Positions 61,886 to 64,000 of a DNA stretch of 64,000 nt are shown here, piece after piece. Positions within the stretch are counted from its first letter, which is position 1. Each line of letters begins with the position of its first letter. The stretch lies in the NCBI RefSeq assembly GCF_009834535.1, contig NC_045697.1:54748001-54812000 (forward strand). Direction: 5' to 3'. The stretch comes from Camelus ferus. Taxonomy: Eukaryota. The notes below the pieces were generated by a model. It worked only from the letters and a program-made list of their open reading frames with translations, did not search any database and was not told the DNA's origin. The position numbers and the translations under genes are program-made.

Positions 61886-64000
61886 TCCACAAGTGACACT
61901 AAATCCCAGGTTACCCAGCTCTTAGGCAAATCCTGTTTATATAATGCTGTGCTGCATGCCTTCCTAATTCTGTTTATGGTTCATACATTACTGCAAAATA
62001 AAAAGTGAAAAGCTGGGTGAAATACTGGCTAAATCTGTGACTTAATCTCCTGCCTGGTGCCATTGCCTGATATGCCTGTTTGATTAGTTTTGATCATGGT
62101 TTGGTCCTGTTTTTCTCGTGTATTTGAAACTGTAGATTTCTTGAATTTACAATGCCTTTCCACTCTATTTTTGATGTGCCTATTAAGTCCTGGTGATGGT
62201 CAAGCTGGCTGATGTTTGGAACCAGGGTAAGATGTTACTATTTTTCTTCTTGTACATGCCCTCCCCACTGTAATTATCTCCTGAATGGTACTTCACAGGA
62301 GGCAGCAGCTTCATGTTTCAGTCTTTCTTTCTGACATCCAAACCCCAAACCTCAGGGAGAGCTCTACATACCTCTGCCCTTTACTTGTTGAATCGATTGC
62401 CAAATCTTGCTGCTTCACTTTATATTTGCAGCTTTTTTCCTCTTCCTCCACCGCTGCTGTAGTCTTTACCTGAATGATTCTCGTCATTGAAACACTTTGC
62501 CTGTCAGCAGTCCATCTGTTCCATTTCTGCCTACTGCCTCTGTGCAAATGACCCTTTCTATGGTTCTGGCATTTCCATTCTTATTCTTAAATCTTACATG
62601 GGTTTCCTATTCCCTAAAGAGTCAGGTTCACAGCCCTTACCCATGTCAGGTGCTTAAGCTCTGAATGATTTCGTTTTTCTCATCCCATCCCACATGTCTG
62701 ACTTCTTTCCCTTTTCTTAGGTTTCCAGAATTCTCTTCTTCACTATTGTTTCAAATTTTCTTTTAAGCAGACCCATTGTTTTTAAGGGCCATTCAAAATA
62801 CAAGAAAAACAAGACTATATTTTTTTTTGGTTATTTTGTGCTGAAGTATATTTCAATCACTCATGATATCTTTAACATATTAGATGTTTATTTAATAAAG
62901 TTAATGTACAACACATATAGAATTATTTTACCTTGTAGTCCTCTGAAACTTACCTATTCCGAGCTAAAAAGGCACTGACAGAAAATCATCTAATGATGCC
63001 CTTCAGGCAGGAACAAAGGAGAGATGTACCAAAGTATGGGGCTCTGGAATGAGCCAATAGAGTGAATGAAAAAGTGTTCTCTATTACAAAGTGACTATTT
63101 TTACTCTGACCTTTGATTTTGTCAGACGGCATTAATATATAGGCGGCAAGATGTCAAAGGCAAAGGGGGAACTGAGTTAGTAAGCACCAGTTGGCATGTG
63201 AGCAGAGAGCTGTTTGTGTCACAGATCTTGGCAAAGATCAAACCAGAGATCAAAGGCTTTGATAAAATATGACTGAGCTTAGCAGCTCATCACCTCTTTC
63301 CACAAGCGGTGGGGAATGGTTTGTGACTGTCGGCTGCCTGAGGTGTGCCTCTGACAGGGAGTCCACATGAGAGCCGCTGGCTGGGACTGAGGTCAGCCTG
63401 GATGGTAATGATGATGATCAGGGCTGATAGAAGAGTGGAGGTGCCAGGTTCTGGCAGGAGTTAACATAACAGATACCAAGGTACTAAAGCAGCCAGGCTT
63501 ACTGTGATCTCAGACAGATGTGACAGCAGCTGGAGAAAGCTGCAGGAGCAAAACAAGCAGCAGTGGCTTCAAAGAGAGCTGAAAGATTCCAGCTTTAGGT
63601 CAGTGATATTTGGGAAACTCTCAGAACGGAGAGCTTTGGGCAACTATTTTTCTGTCTCTTCCATTCTTTCCAAAGGGCTTAAAGTTTGCCAACTCCATCT
63701 ATTCTTTATGTTGATACACACCACCTAAATCCACATCTAAAAGGTGTATATTGACGTGGCCTGGCATAGGTAATAAATATTTGGCATTCTCCATAAATAT
63801 TTGTGGAAGGAAGAAAAGAAGGAAAAATGAGAGGGAAAATTGGTTAGAGGGTAAAACTTACATGTAAATTTCCAACTAAGTGGTACCACAAGAGCAAGAC
63901 TGGTATTGTGAGTAGGTACCATGCAATAAGGCAACATTTCAGGAAGTTGGTCTGTTTCCTGATTCTCTCCCCAGTACCTGTCTGTGAAATTTATACTGTC

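Noticed and set aside
1..64000. Host-gene orientation inferred from L1 strand bias
   Set aside because: Large L1s occur on both strands in similar numbers, so no orientation can be inferred.

Overview
This is AT-rich, CpG-depleted mammalian genomic DNA, most likely from a camelid (inference from three tRNA-derived SINEs matching my recollection of the camelid vic-1 family, artiodactyl-type L1 3' ends, and no Alu, Bov-tA or PRE1 seen). It is dominated by interspersed repeats: L1 of several ages, L2, MIR, CR1/L3, MaLR/ERVL/ERV1 solo LTRs and hAT MITEs. I recognise no intact protein-coding gene. The ORF-track entries that look like protein are decayed L1 ORF2 fragments or their antisense. The window looks intergenic or deeply intronic. 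The best structural findings are a small L1 insertion at 59.2-59.8 kb that appears to combine a twin-priming 5' inversion with a ~300 bp 3' transduction, two internally deleted L1s, a monomer-like repeat in an L1 5'UTR, and several nested insertions with readable target-site duplications (TSDs). A speculative chain of minus-strand exon-like segments is also reported. I found no convincing new multi-gene system. Repeat family names come from memory of consensus sequences, and boundaries are approximate unless a TSD is quoted.
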